Shown here in pieces: positions 8,859-18,899 of a stretch of 64,000 bases of DNA. The stretch comes from an uncultured delta proteobacterium (lineage in GTDB: Bacteria > Desulfobacterota > Binatia > UBA9968). The translations under genes and the position numbers were made by a program. The stretch covers positions 32,001 through 96,000 of the forward strand of contig CAWDPO010000010.1 of the NCBI GenBank assembly GCA_963804165.1, read 5' to 3'. Within the stretch, counting starts at the first letter, position 1, and every line of letters begins with the position of its first letter. The notes under the pieces were generated by a model. The model was not told the origin of the DNA and did no database searches. It saw only the letters and a list, made by a program, of their open reading frames with translations.

Positions 8859-8925
8859 CTTACCTTGCAGCCAGCCTTTGGCGATATTAATATCGCCAAA
8901 AGCTGGTCTGTATATTACGTTATAC
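8859..8925 (+). other. Copy 2 of 60-bp palindromic repeat ending at a GTT core
   Basis: Perfect 24-bp palindrome tttggcgatattaatatcgccaaa (8877-8900), then ctgtatattac-GTTATAC (8919). Confidence 0.55.
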
Positions 8926-9039
8926 CGTCCCGATCTCTTGAGCTAAAACTCTCGGAGAAGGAAGCGATTAGCCACCGGTAATGTCAGAGTTCTTCAGCCC
9001 GCATAAAGTGCGGATGAGCCGTTCCACCGGCATAATCAC

Positions 9040-10713
9040 ATGGCAGATCGAAGCCTGATCCACGCCGCCATCGCGCTGCGAGACTGCGCCTTCCTGAGTC
9101 TGATCCTACTGATATCGCTCCTCCTCTACATACGCGGTCTCGGCTTCTACAGCGATGACTGGGCATTCCTGAGCGCCTTATCGCACTCCGGTGCCAACTC
9201 GCTGATCGAGTTGTTCAGCGCTCTGTATGCCGACGAGAATATTCGCCAGCGCCCGCTGCAGGCGCTCCACCTAGCGTGGATGTACCGGGTGTCCGGCACT
9301 GACCCGCTCGGATATCACCTCGTCAACTCGGCGGTCTTCGTCGTCGCGGTATTACTCTTTTACCTATCACTCCGCGAGCTAAGACTGCCGCGCCTCGTCG
9401 TTCTCACCGTACCGCTGGTTTATGGGCTGTTGCCGCACTACTCGACCGACCGTTTCTGGGTTGCGGCATCCCAGGCGAACCTGAGCATGGCGCTATACTT
9501 CACCAGCCTGTATGCCGACTTAAGGGCGCTCCGGACGAGGCGCGCGCGCCGATGGAGCTGGAAGTTACTAAGTCTGGCGTGCCTGCTTGGCAGCACCCTC
9601 GCCTACGAGGTGGCGCTGCCGCTGTTTCTGTTCAACGCGGCGATGATCTGGTTGTACGCGCGAGGGTTATACATTCGAGAGCTGTCCGACTGGAGAGAGC
9701 AGGCGAGCGTCGCAGCAATGGTAGGCAGCAACTTGGTGATGCTGGTGTTGGTGCTAGGGTACAAGGCGGCAACGACAGGCCGCGCTGGGGGCTTCGCGAC
9801 AGGTTACGCCTCGCATTTGCTCTACGTTATTAAGCGAGCTGTGCTTATTGACTATGTCAGCCTCGGTATCGCCCTGCCGAATGTCGTGGCAAAGGTCTTG
9901 CGGCACCACGCCGACCCAGTGATGCTCGTCGTCGGCGTGGCACTCGGAGCGGCAGTCTTCGCTTACCTCTACCGCGCCGCCGGTCAGTCGGGAGACGGAA
10001 CACAGGCCGCGGGCGTGTGGCTGACGGTACTCGCCCTAAGCCCGGTCGTCTACTTCCTGGGCTATGCGGTCTTCGTTACGACGTCACAGTTCATGGTTCA
10101 TAAGACGGGCATCGCCAACCGCATAACGATTGCGGCAGCGGTCGGCGTGGCGATGTCTTTCGCGGGAGGGACGGGTTTGGCGAGCGCGCTGCTGCCTTCA
10201 GCGTGGCTGCGCAGAAGTGTCTTTCCTTCGGCTATCGCACTGCTATGCGTGTGCGGGTTCCTAATCATCAACGCCAACGCCAAGTTTTGGATCACCGCTT
10301 ATGCAGAACAGCAGCGGGTGCTCGCCAACATCCGCGCTAACATCACGTCGCTACCCGGAGGGAGCACTCTGATCCTCGACGGGACCTGCCCCTACATCGG
10401 GCCCGGCATCGTATTTGAGGGCGAGTGGGACTTAGCCGGAGCGTTACAGATGATCTACCATGATCCAATACTGCGGGCGGACGTCGTCACGCCGAAGCTG
10501 AGGGTGGGCGAAGACGGCCTCACGACTTCCATGTACGGCATCCCGAGCCACTATCGATATGGCGACAATCTGCTGCTCTACGACTTACGACGCAAGACAG
10601 TGGACAGGCTGGTTGACGCCGAGATAACCCGCCGCTACTTCACGGCCCGCAAGTTGGATCACAGCAGAGGTTGCCTAAAAGGTAGGGAAGGTCAGGGTGT
10701 ACCGCCTTTCTGA
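9040..10713 (+). CDS. Polytopic membrane protein, probable GT-C-fold glycosyltransferase
   Basis: 557 aa, many TM segments; FYSDDW acidic pair after TM1; RP..YHLVN; YE motif. Confidence 0.6.
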   Translation: MADRSLIHAAIALRDCAFLSLILLISLLLYIRGLGFYSDDWAFLSALSHSGANSLIELFSALYADENIRQRPLQALHLAWMYRVSGTDPLGYHLVNSAVFVVAVLLFYLSLRELRLPRLVVLTVPLVYGLLPHYSTDRFWVAASQANLSMALYFTSLYADLRALRTRRARRWSWKLLSLACLLGSTLAYEVALPLFLFNAAMIWLYARGLYIRELSDWREQASVAAMVGSNLVMLVLVLGYKAATTGRAGGFATGYASHLLYVIKRAVLIDYVSLGIALPNVVAKVLRHHADPVMLVVGVALGAAVFAYLYRAAGQSGDGTQAAGVWLTVLALSPVVYFLGYAVFVTTSQFMVHKTGIANRITIAAAVGVAMSFAGGTGLASALLPSAWLRRSVFPSAIALLCVCGFLIINANAKFWITAYAEQQRVLANIRANITSLPGGSTLILDGTCPYIGPGIVFEGEWDLAGALQMIYHDPILRADVVTPKLRVGEDGLTTSMYGIPSHYRYGDNLLLYDLRRKTVDRLVDAEITRRYFTARKLDHSRGCLKGREGQGVPPF

Positions 10714-10839
10714 TGCGTTAGATAGCCAATGACTCACCGTGCTGCGCATAGTGTCCTGCTCGTTTTACTTTTTGCTGGTTGTGTCGGCGGTGCGTCATGC
10801 ACAAGGAGCAACACGCAGTCAATCCAAAGGAATGAAAAT

Positions 10840-11481
10840 ATGAGCAAGATCTTTTTCGACGTTGGTGTGTCGCTGGACGGCTATATCGCCGGACCCAATC
10901 GAGGACCGGGTAACCCGTTGGGCGACGGGGGTGCCGGCATTCACAAGTGGATGTTCCAAACGGCGAGCTTTCTTGAGCGCCTCGGTTTGTCAGGCGGAGA
11001 GACCTCGCCCGATGATAAACTTGTCAAGGAGGTGTTCGAGCGCACCGGCGCGTATGTGATGGGTAGACGCATGTTCGACGAGGGCGAGGTCGGCTGGCCC
11101 GAGAACCCACCTTTCCGTGCGCCCGTGTTTGTCCTCACACACTCCGCTCGCGATCCATGGCAGAGGAAGGGCGGAACGACATTCGTCTTCGTCACCGACG
11201 GCATCGCGAGCGCTTTAGAGCAGGCCAAGGCCGCCGCTGGCGCCAAGGATGTGCGAGTTTCCGGTGGCGCTGAAACCATCAGGCAGTTTATCGGATCCGG
11301 CCTCATCGATGAATTCACCCTTCACGTTGCTCCCGTGTTGTTGGGCACCGGCGTCCGGTTGATGGATCGCCTAAGTCCGGCCGACCTCAAACTGGAGCAG
11401 TCAGGCGTGAGTAGCTCACCGCTCGTCACCCACATCAAATACCGGGTACTACGGCCAAACCCGAATCAACATGACGCCTAA
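10840..11481 (+). CDS. Dihydrofolate reductase / RibD C-terminal family protein (cassette-like)
   Basis: VSLDGYIAGP, MGRRMF, VFVLTH, GGAETI, IDEFTLHVAPVLLGTG; upstream GTTAGAT (10717), stop within GCCTAAC; alternative start 10729. Confidence 0.85.
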   Translation: MSKIFFDVGVSLDGYIAGPNRGPGNPLGDGGAGIHKWMFQTASFLERLGLSGGETSPDDKLVKEVFERTGAYVMGRRMFDEGEVGWPENPPFRAPVFVLTHSARDPWQRKGGTTFVFVTDGIASALEQAKAAAGAKDVRVSGGAETIRQFIGSGLIDEFTLHVAPVLLGTGVRLMDRLSPADLKLEQSGVSSSPLVTHIKYRVLRPNPNQHDA

Positions 11482-11500
11482 CCCTGAGATCGAGCAGACC
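11476..11500 (+). other. Truncated attC (left half only)
   Basis: GCCTAAC-CCTGA-GATCGAGC has R''-5nt-L'' spacing; no L'/R' partner found. Confidence 0.45.
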
Positions 11501-11550
11501 TCCGACGACCGCCCTACCCACACAAGCCGATAAATGATAATGATCGGCCC

Positions 11551-12828
11551 ATGCGATTGGATCTCGGTTGCATTCACATCAAAAATGTCCATTTCGGCGC
11601 TAAGACGGCGATCGAAAATCATAGCCTGTCGATCGATCGCCAAGAGTTAGTTTCGCTGCTCGAACCAGAACCGCTCTTCGATCGCGTCGAAATCGAGCTG
11701 GCCCATCCCGGCGAATCCTGCCGCATCATCCGCGTCCTCGATGTTGTCGAACCGCGTTATCGAATGAACGGGCCGAATTTTCCCGGCGCTCTCGATGCCA
11801 ACGGCCTTGTCGGCGACGGCCAGACGCGCGCGCTTAAAAATGTCGCCGTGGTCGAAACTGACCAGCTCGCGACCCGCTCGCGAAATATCATCGACATGAG
11901 CGGACCGGCGGCTGAATACTCCCCCATCGCCAACACGCACAATGTCGTCTTGCTGCCTTATCCGAAGCCAGGCGCCGACAAAGACGATTATCGCTTGGCC
12001 GTGAAGAAGGCCGGGTTGAAAACCGCGACGTATCTTGCAGCGGCGGCGAAGAGACGTCGCTCCTCATGAAACGCAAACCTTCGAGCTGCCGCCCGTCGCA
12101 TTCAATCAAGGGCCGAAAGATTTGCCGCGCATCGCCTATATTTTTCCGATGCATTCGCACCAGCATCCGACCCAGCAAAAAGAAACCGTCTTTTACGGCA
12201 GCAACATCCAGGGCTTCATGCCGACGATCGTTCATCCCAACGAGATCCTCGACGGCGCGCTGATGTTTTCTTACTCGGCATTTACCTGGTTCGCGCAGAA
12301 TCATCCGGTGATACTAGAGTTATATCGCCGCCACGGCGTCGACCTCTGGTTCGCCGGCGTCGTCCTCACCATCGCGCCGGTCACGATTGCTGAAAAGGAA
12401 CGCAACACCGCCCTCGCCGCGCGTCTGGCGAAAGAAGTCTTAAACGCCGATGGCATCATCGCGACCAAAATCGGCGGCGGAGCCGTCGATACCGACTTGA
12501 TGATGATCTACACGCGCGCTGAAGAGATGGGCATGAAAGCGACGCTGATCATCATGGAGCGCTATCCCGACACCGGCATCACTTTCGTGCCGGCGAACGT
12601 GAACGCGCTCGTCACGCCCGGACTAACGCGCGATGCGATTACGCTGCCCGCCGTCGAGCGCGTCATCGGCGGCGACACGATCGCATTGGACAACTCCAAT
12701 CCCGGACAACAGCAATCCTGGCATCACGCTGGCTGCCGGCGAATGAAGAATTGAATCTTTGGATCGGCGACATCGTCGGCGCCATCAGCCAGGTCGGCGC
12801 ATCGCGGCTGACGACGTACATGAGTTAA
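11551..12828 (+). CDS. Glycine/sarcosine/betaine reductase component B alpha/beta subunit (GrdE-like); frameshifted
   Basis: MRLDLG..IKNVHFG, LAHPGESCRII..DVVEPR, IIDMSGPAAEYSP, PTIVHPNEILDGA, QNHPVILELY, DTDLMM; at least two frame changes (~12050, ~12700-12750). Confidence 0.8.
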
Positions 12829-12849
12829 GAAACTCAGAATGATTCCCGA

Positions 12850-12990
12850 AAGGCGCAAAGACGCAAAGTTAGAAACAAATTCATTTCGACACGAAAACTA
12901 GGACAAACTCCAGGAGAAATCGTTTCAGCGTTTTGAGTTTTGAATGACGGACTTGCCCGTCAGTTTGCGCTTTTGCGCCTTTGCGGGAAA
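12850..12990. repeat. Intergenic inverted CGCAAAG / CTTTGCG repeat pair
   Basis: cgaaaggcgcaaagacgcaaag vs tttgcgcttttgcgcctttgcg; related half-copies near 14490, 19393 and 23260. Confidence 0.55.
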
Positions 12991-13038
12991 ATTCGATTTC
13001 GGATAATTCAGCGAACGTTGCGCATCGGAGATAACGGC

Positions 13039-14332
13039 ATGAGCACAAAAGATCCGCGTCGTCCATTACTTGAATCAGTTCTTCGCCCAGATCGGCGGCG
13101 AAGACAAAGCCGACGTCGGCCCGCGGATCAAAGCCGGACTTGTCGGCCCCGGCCGCGCGCTGCAACAAGCGCTCGGCGAGCAACGGCGAAGTCGTCGCGA
13201 CGATATTTTGCGGCGATAATTATTTCGCCGAGCACCAAGACGAAGGCGATCGATGCAATTGATCCAACAAATGGCCGAGTACAAACCGGATTTGCTGATC
13301 GCCGGTCCGGCTTTCGAGAGCGGCCGTTATGGAATCGCTTGCGGCGCGATCTGCCAAGCCGCGCAGCAGCAGCTCGGCATCGCGGCCGTGGCGGGAATGG
13401 ACGAAGACAACGTCGGCGCGAGCCTGTATCGGAAAAATATCTACATCATCAATTCAGGCGCCACCATCGTCCGCATGGTGCCCACGCTTCAGCGCATGGC
13501 CGCGCTGGGAGTGAAACTCGTTCGCCGCGAGACGATCGGCAAACCTGAAAATGAAGGTTATCTGCCGCGCGGCATCAAGCGCAACGAATTTGCCGCCAAA
13601 CCTCCCGCGAGCGCGCCGTCGACATGCTGCTGGCCAAATTGCGCGGCGATGAATTTCATTCAGAGATCGCCCCGCCACAATTTGCCGGCAGCAAACCGGC
13701 CGCGCCGCTGCACGAATCTCAAGTCGGCGGTCATCGCGCTGGTAACCGACGGCGGCTTGGTGCCCGAAGGCAATCCGGACAAAATCGAGCCCGGCCGGCC
13801 GACGCGCTTCACGACCATCCCTATCGCAGGCGTGAATTCTCTCGACGCGGATAAATATGACGCCGTTCATTCCGGTTACGACACGGCGATTCGCCAATCG
13901 CGACCCGAACCGCTTGGTGCCGCTCGACACCATGCGCGATCTCGAACGCGAAGGCGTGATCGGCAAGCTCCATGAGTTCGTCCATTCCACCGGCGGCGCT
14001 CACGCCGCTGTGGAAAACGCCACGACCATCGGTAAAGACATAGCTCAGCGTCTGAAAGCCGCCGGGGTCACCGGCGTGATCCTCACCTCGACCTGAGGCT
14101 CCAGCACTCGCTGCGGCGCAGCGATCAGCAAAGAAATCGAAAAACTGGAGATTCCGGTCACGCAAATCTGCACGATGATCCCGGTGGCGAAAGAAGTCGG
14201 CTCGCTGCGCGCGATCGCCTCCGGGGGGATCGTCAGCCCGACCGGCAACCCGAGTTGACCCCGGAAAAAGAAAAAGAGTTCAGGCGTGAGTTGATTCTTC
14301 GCGCGCTGCAAACGTTGCAAGAAGAAGTCTGA
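13039..14332 (+). CDS. Glycine/betaine/sarcosine reductase-family selenoprotein B (GrdB-like); Sec TGA at 14094-14096; several frameshifts
   Basis: VVHYLNQFFAQIGGED, CGDNYF, AGPAFESGRYGIACG, IALVTDGGLVPEGNPDKIE, DPNRLVPLD, ILTST-TGA-GSSTRCGA..KEIEK. Confidence 0.85.
14108..14124 (+). promoter_or_regulatory. Candidate bacterial SECIS hairpin
   Basis: TCGCTGC-GGC-GCAGCGA stem starts 11 nt after the in-frame TGA; G in the loop. Confidence 0.6.
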
Positions 14333-14549
14333 AAGAAACATTGACCACGAAGACCTGCAATGTTTAACAGGCTCTGAAGATTCGGAATGCTTCGACATGC
14401 TCCGCATGAACGGAAACGCTAGTATCCTCCCTCCGTTCGTCCAGCGCCGTCGAAGGACTCCTAACCATCTGTTAGACTTCTCAGCTTCGTGCTCCTCGTG
14501 ACCTTTGTGGTTAAATCGAATTGTTCGAGTTGAGTCAGCGGAGCCGGCA

Positions 14550-15548
14550 ATGAAACTACAAAAACTATTGCTCGGTTTGGCCATTTGCTGCGCGGTATTC
14601 AGTTTGAACGTTTCCGCCGCGACCGCACAGGACGTTGTCGCCGGCGCGAAAAAAGAAGGGAACCTCGTCCTCTATCTTTCGACGAACCTCACCGACGCCA
14701 ACGGCATGGTCCAACTTTTCAAGCAGAAATATCCCTTTATCAACGTAAACCTCTTTCGCGCCGATAACGAAAAACTATTGAACCGAATCCTCACCGAATC
14801 GGCCACGGGAAAATTCAACGGCGATACCATCATGATCAGCAGCTTCGAAGTCCGCGTGTTGCTGCAGAAAAAGCTCTTGCAGAAATATGTCTCGCCGCAC
14901 AGCCAATATTATCCCGAAGGCTTCACCGACAAAGACGGCTCTTGGACCAGCGTCTACTCGATCCCGAGGGTCATTGCCTACAATACGAATCTGGTCAAAC
15001 CCGACGTCGCGCCAAAAACATTCGACGATGTGCTCAATCCGCGCTGGAAAGGCGGATTCGGCCTGTCGGACAGCGCAACGCTCTGGTACACCGGCTTTTT
15101 GAAATTTGTTGGCGAAGAAAAGGGTCGCGACTTCATGCGCAAGCTCGCCGCCCAAAAGCCAGCGTTTCGCGACAGTGAAACCGTGATCATGCAGCTGCTC
15201 GGGGCAGGTGAGTTTCCCTTGGGTCTGGTCTACTCACACCAAGCGGCAACGATGAAGAAACGCGGCGCGCCAGTAGAATGGGTACGCACGGCGCTACCCA
15301 TCGTTACGGGACTGAAACCGATTGCGCTCAGCGCTAAAGCCCAACACCCAAACGCAGGCAAGCTGTTCATCGATATGGCGCTATCCAAGGAAGGCCAGGA
15401 GCTGATCAAAAGCTTCAACCGCATTCCCGACCGTGGCGACGTGACATCAGAGCTGAAGGAAGGAACCAAGCTCTTTCCCGCCGATCCACGCTGGGGGGAC
15501 AGCTACGGCAAATACGTCGACGAGTTTCGCGAAATCTTTTTCAAGTGA
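14550..15548 (+). CDS. ABC transporter extracellular solute-binding protein (Fe3+/thiamine-like cluster)
   Basis: Signal peptide; AKKEGNLVLY, FKQKYP, IAYNT, PRWKG, AGEFP, HPNAGKLFID. Confidence 0.85.
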   Translation: MKLQKLLLGLAICCAVFSLNVSAATAQDVVAGAKKEGNLVLYLSTNLTDANGMVQLFKQKYPFINVNLFRADNEKLLNRILTESATGKFNGDTIMISSFEVRVLLQKKLLQKYVSPHSQYYPEGFTDKDGSWTSVYSIPRVIAYNTNLVKPDVAPKTFDDVLNPRWKGGFGLSDSATLWYTGFLKFVGEEKGRDFMRKLAAQKPAFRDSETVIMQLLGAGEFPLGLVYSHQAATMKKRGAPVEWVRTALPIVTGLKPIALSAKAQHPNAGKLFIDMALSKEGQELIKSFNRIPDRGDVTSELKEGTKLFPADPRWGDSYGKYVDEFREIFFK

Positions 15549-15679
15549 AAGCACGGTCTGCAGTGGGTTTTCGAATACTTCGTCCTTTGTGGTTGAGTCG
15601 CCCATTGATCGATTGACGAAACCATCCGAAACGTCGTAAACACCGATCACAAGCTGCAATACTTTCGAGGTAAACCCCT

Positions 15680-17368
15680 ATGTACGATCTAATTCTCAAA
15701 GGCGGACGCGTTTACGACGGCTCGGGCATGCCGTCCTTTATCGGCGACGTGGCGATTGCCAACGGACGGATCGAAGAGATCGGTCGAATCAACGGTGCAG
15801 CCGATCGCGTGCTCGACGTCGGCGGTCTCGCCGTCGCGCCGGGTATCATCGATTTTCACACCCACTTCGACGCGCAACTGTGGTGGGATCCACTGGCGTC
15901 ATCGTCGACCGAACACGGCGTTACCACCGTTGTGATGGGTAATTGCGGCCTGACACTGGCGCCGTGCAAGCCGGAGAGCCGCGATGCGTTGATCGGCACC
16001 TTTGTGCGAGTAGAGGACATGCCGCGCCAAAGCTTGCAAACCGGCATTCCCTGGGAGTGGACGACCCACGGCGAATATCTCGATGCTCTGGAGCGAAAGC
16101 CGCTTGGACTCAACGTCGCGACGCTCGTCGGCCACTGCGCCGTGCGCCAGTTTGCGATGGGCGAAGCCAGCGTCGAGCGCGAGGCCAACGACGCCGAGAT
16201 TGCCGAGATGGAAGAGTTGGTGCGCCACGGTATGCGGGCCGGCGCCTTCGGCTTCTCGACCAATGCCAACCAGCGCCACTACCGCGAAGATGGCAAGCCG
16301 GTAGCCAGTCGCTCCGCCGGTCTCGACGAAATCGCGCGCCTGTGCCGCGTGGTCGGCGAAGCCCGGAGCGGCCTGGTGCAGTTCACCCACGGCGCCTTCG
16401 CCGCACCCGAACATGTCGCACGCATCGGCCAATGGTACGACACGATCCTCAAGGAGACCCAGCGGCCACTGATCGGCGAAAGTATCCGTCACTTCTGGAG
16501 CGAGCCGGATTTATGGCGCAAGCAATTGAACGACGTCGAAGAGCGCTGCCGGCAAGGCTATGCGGCGTATGCGATGACCAGCACACGACGCACGCTGCGG
16601 CGTTGGACGTTGAAGGATTCGAGCCGGTTCGACGAAATGCCCGCGTGGAAGAATCTGATGACATTGCCTTTGGAACAGCGCAAGGAGAACTTTAGCAACC
16701 CGCAAACCAGGCTCGAGCTGGTCAAAGCAATGGCAGAAAGCAAACCAATTAGCTTCTCCCGCCGCTGGAATTTAATCTCCGTCAAGAAAGCCACTCGTGC
16801 GGAAAACAAACCGCTCGAAGGCAAAAGCATCGACGAGCTAGCCCGACTCCGAGCAAAGGCTCCCATCGACGCCTTCCTAGACTTAGCTCTCGGGGAAGAC
16901 TTGGACACGACCTTCGAAGATACCGCGACACAGGGCGATGAGCAGGCGGTGAAAGAAATTTTCTCTAGCCCGCATGTCTTGCTCGGTCAGTCCGACGCCG
17001 GCGCCCACGTCGCCAACGCCAACCCGGGTTTCGGCTTCGCCACAACCATGCTCGCGTACTGGGTGCGCGAGCGGCAGATCATGAGTTTAGAAGACGCAAT
17101 TAAAAAACTGACGTTCCTGCCGGCCTCGATCTTCGGCATCCACGAACGCGGCCTGCTGCGCCGCGGCCTGGCCGCCGACCTTTTCGTCTTCGACCCAACG
17201 ACGATCGATTTGCTTCCGCCGGAAAAAATCAACGATCTTCCCGAAGGCGCCTCGCGCTACATTCAGCGCGCCAAAGGAATCCAATATACCGTCGTCAACG
17301 GCTCCGTCCTGATGAAAAACGGCACCCACACGGGCGTGTATCCGGGTAGTGTGCTCCGAAGTGCTTAG
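15680..17368 (+). CDS. N-acyl-D-amino-acid deacylase family amidohydrolase
   Basis: YDLILKGG..DGSG, APGIIDFHTHFD, GVTTVVMGNCG, SDAGAH, ADLFVFDP. Confidence 0.9.
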   Translation: MYDLILKGGRVYDGSGMPSFIGDVAIANGRIEEIGRINGAADRVLDVGGLAVAPGIIDFHTHFDAQLWWDPLASSSTEHGVTTVVMGNCGLTLAPCKPESRDALIGTFVRVEDMPRQSLQTGIPWEWTTHGEYLDALERKPLGLNVATLVGHCAVRQFAMGEASVEREANDAEIAEMEELVRHGMRAGAFGFSTNANQRHYREDGKPVASRSAGLDEIARLCRVVGEARSGLVQFTHGAFAAPEHVARIGQWYDTILKETQRPLIGESIRHFWSEPDLWRKQLNDVEERCRQGYAAYAMTSTRRTLRRWTLKDSSRFDEMPAWKNLMTLPLEQRKENFSNPQTRLELVKAMAESKPISFSRRWNLISVKKATRAENKPLEGKSIDELARLRAKAPIDAFLDLALGEDLDTTFEDTATQGDEQAVKEIFSSPHVLLGQSDAGAHVANANPGFGFATTMLAYWVRERQIMSLEDAIKKLTFLPASIFGIHERGLLRRGLAADLFVFDPTTIDLLPPEKINDLPEGASRYIQRAKGIQYTVVNGSVLMKNGTHTGVYPGSVLRSA

Positions 17369-17609
17369 TGAAAATGTCTCGAGTAAGAAGCATCCGTTTG
17401 TCGCTAAAATTTTTCTGACACATGGATACCCACTTGGGCTCGTTTTCGTCACAGCTCGTAATAGGAATTAAAACGAAGGTGATCTAAATATCAGTGTGGA
17501 TGCGGAATTGTCGCACTCGAAAAATCGCTAGGTAGGCGGCTTTTATTCGGTTATAAGGCGCTTCAGGTATCCCAAAATCGAGTCGAAGGAGAAATCGGTT
17601 CAATCGTAG

Positions 17610-17669
17610 GCTTAACGCGAAAGCTCAGCGGCGCGGTTTATCCGCGTCCGCTGCAGCGTCTTGTTCGGC
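17610..17669 (-). other. Integron attC site (canonical, 60 bp)
   Basis: Minus strand: GCCGAAC-AAGAC-GCTGCAGC-ggacgcggataaaccgcgcc-GCTGAGC-TTTCGC-GTTAAGC. Confidence 0.9.
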
Positions 17670-18899
17670 CCGTGCCTGCGATGTCTTTGACAATTCTAGG
17701 CGTGCAGCTACAAGTTTGGCAATGTCTTTATGTCCATGTTCGTTTGGGTGTCCGTCGTGTGAAACCTGATATGGCTGAATTCCTGTCGCAAGTTGTCCTT
17801 GCAGCACTGGCAACGCATCCAGATATTCAATGCCGTTATATTCAAGAAAGTCCTTTGTAATCGTCCAAACGCGCTTCTCATTTTCTGTAAGGCTGCGATA
17901 ACTCATTGAGGGATTTTGCCAAAGTTGGCGGAACACCGCCTCCTTGGTAGGGATCAGCACAACGAGGAACCAGATATTCCTTGCGGCAGCAAACTCATTC
18001 ATTCTCTGTAATGCTCGCAATGAAATTTCAAGCCCTTCTGCAATTCTGGGATCTCCAAGATTAAGCGCTGAGAGACGATACTCGCTTGTAAAAACGGTTT
18101 TGAACTCTCCATTACTAAACACCTGGCAGTATGCCGGATGCAGTGCCGCAAATGCCTTTGCCATCTCCCATTTCTCTTGAGGAGTGTTGTTTGGTTTATT
18201 AACCAAACGCGTAGTCTCATACCAAGCCCTTTCCAAAAGGCCGTAGATCTTCGAGTGTTGCGAAAGTAATCTCTGCAACCTCTGGGGGGAGAAACGAGTG
18301 ACAGGTATTGTTCCCATCTCAAACATTCGCGATACACGTTTGCCAATGGGCTCGGACTGCTCCGCTTCTCGTACACTCGCTTGCAACTGGGGATCGGAGC
18401 TTTTCAGCTCACGAAGTTGCCCCTTGTTGTATACAAGGTCGAATGAATCAAACAGATCATTGCCTGCATAAAAAGCCTCGATGACAATTTTCGGTGATAA
18501 CGCAACAGCCTCGTCCCACAGAACAAGGCTGTGAGTAGGCCCATAGCCACCGTAGGCCATGCTATATACTGTTTTCCCAGTCATTGATTCCAATTGCCTT
18601 GGCCACGCGTCCTCTGGTTTCACTCCATCGCCATAAGTTTGTGAATCTCCTAGCGCAACGATATACGCCTTGGCCGGTACTTTCGGATTTCGAAAACCTT
18701 TAGCGTCGTGACCTGGGTAGGCGGGATTCGGTCGATGACGGAGGCGTGCATCAGGAACAGCAGAGGTCCAGGGTGATGCAAGCATCTGATCAACCTTTGG
18801 TGACACGAACGCCAATAGCCGCAGAACTACCTCGATCAACCCAATAACCAAAAGGACTGAAACTACGCCAAAGAAAGCCTGCCTTTTATTAACCTTCAT
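17625..18899 (-). CDS. SGNH/GDSL hydrolase family protein (gene cassette)
   Basis: N-terminal TM; GFR, LGDSQTYG, GND, DGHPN..GH; more AT-rich than flanks; core GTTCGGC upstream (18948-18942). Confidence 0.85.
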   Translation of the reverse strand: MKVNKRQAFFGVVSVLLVIGLIEVVLRLLAFVSPKVDQMLASPWTSAVPDARLRHRPNPAYPGHDAKGFRNPKVPAKAYIVALGDSQTYGDGVKPEDAWPRQLESMTGKTVYSMAYGGYGPTHSLVLWDEAVALSPKIVIEAFYAGNDLFDSFDLVYNKGQLRELKSSDPQLQASVREAEQSEPIGKRVSRMFEMGTIPVTRFSPQRLQRLLSQHSKIYGLLERAWYETTRLVNKPNNTPQEKWEMAKAFAALHPAYCQVFSNGEFKTVFTSEYRLSALNLGDPRIAEGLEISLRALQRMNEFAAARNIWFLVVLIPTKEAVFRQLWQNPSMSYRSLTENEKRVWTITKDFLEYNGIEYLDALPVLQGQLATGIQPYQVSHDGHPNEHGHKDIAKLVAARLELSKTSQARAEQDAAADADKPRR

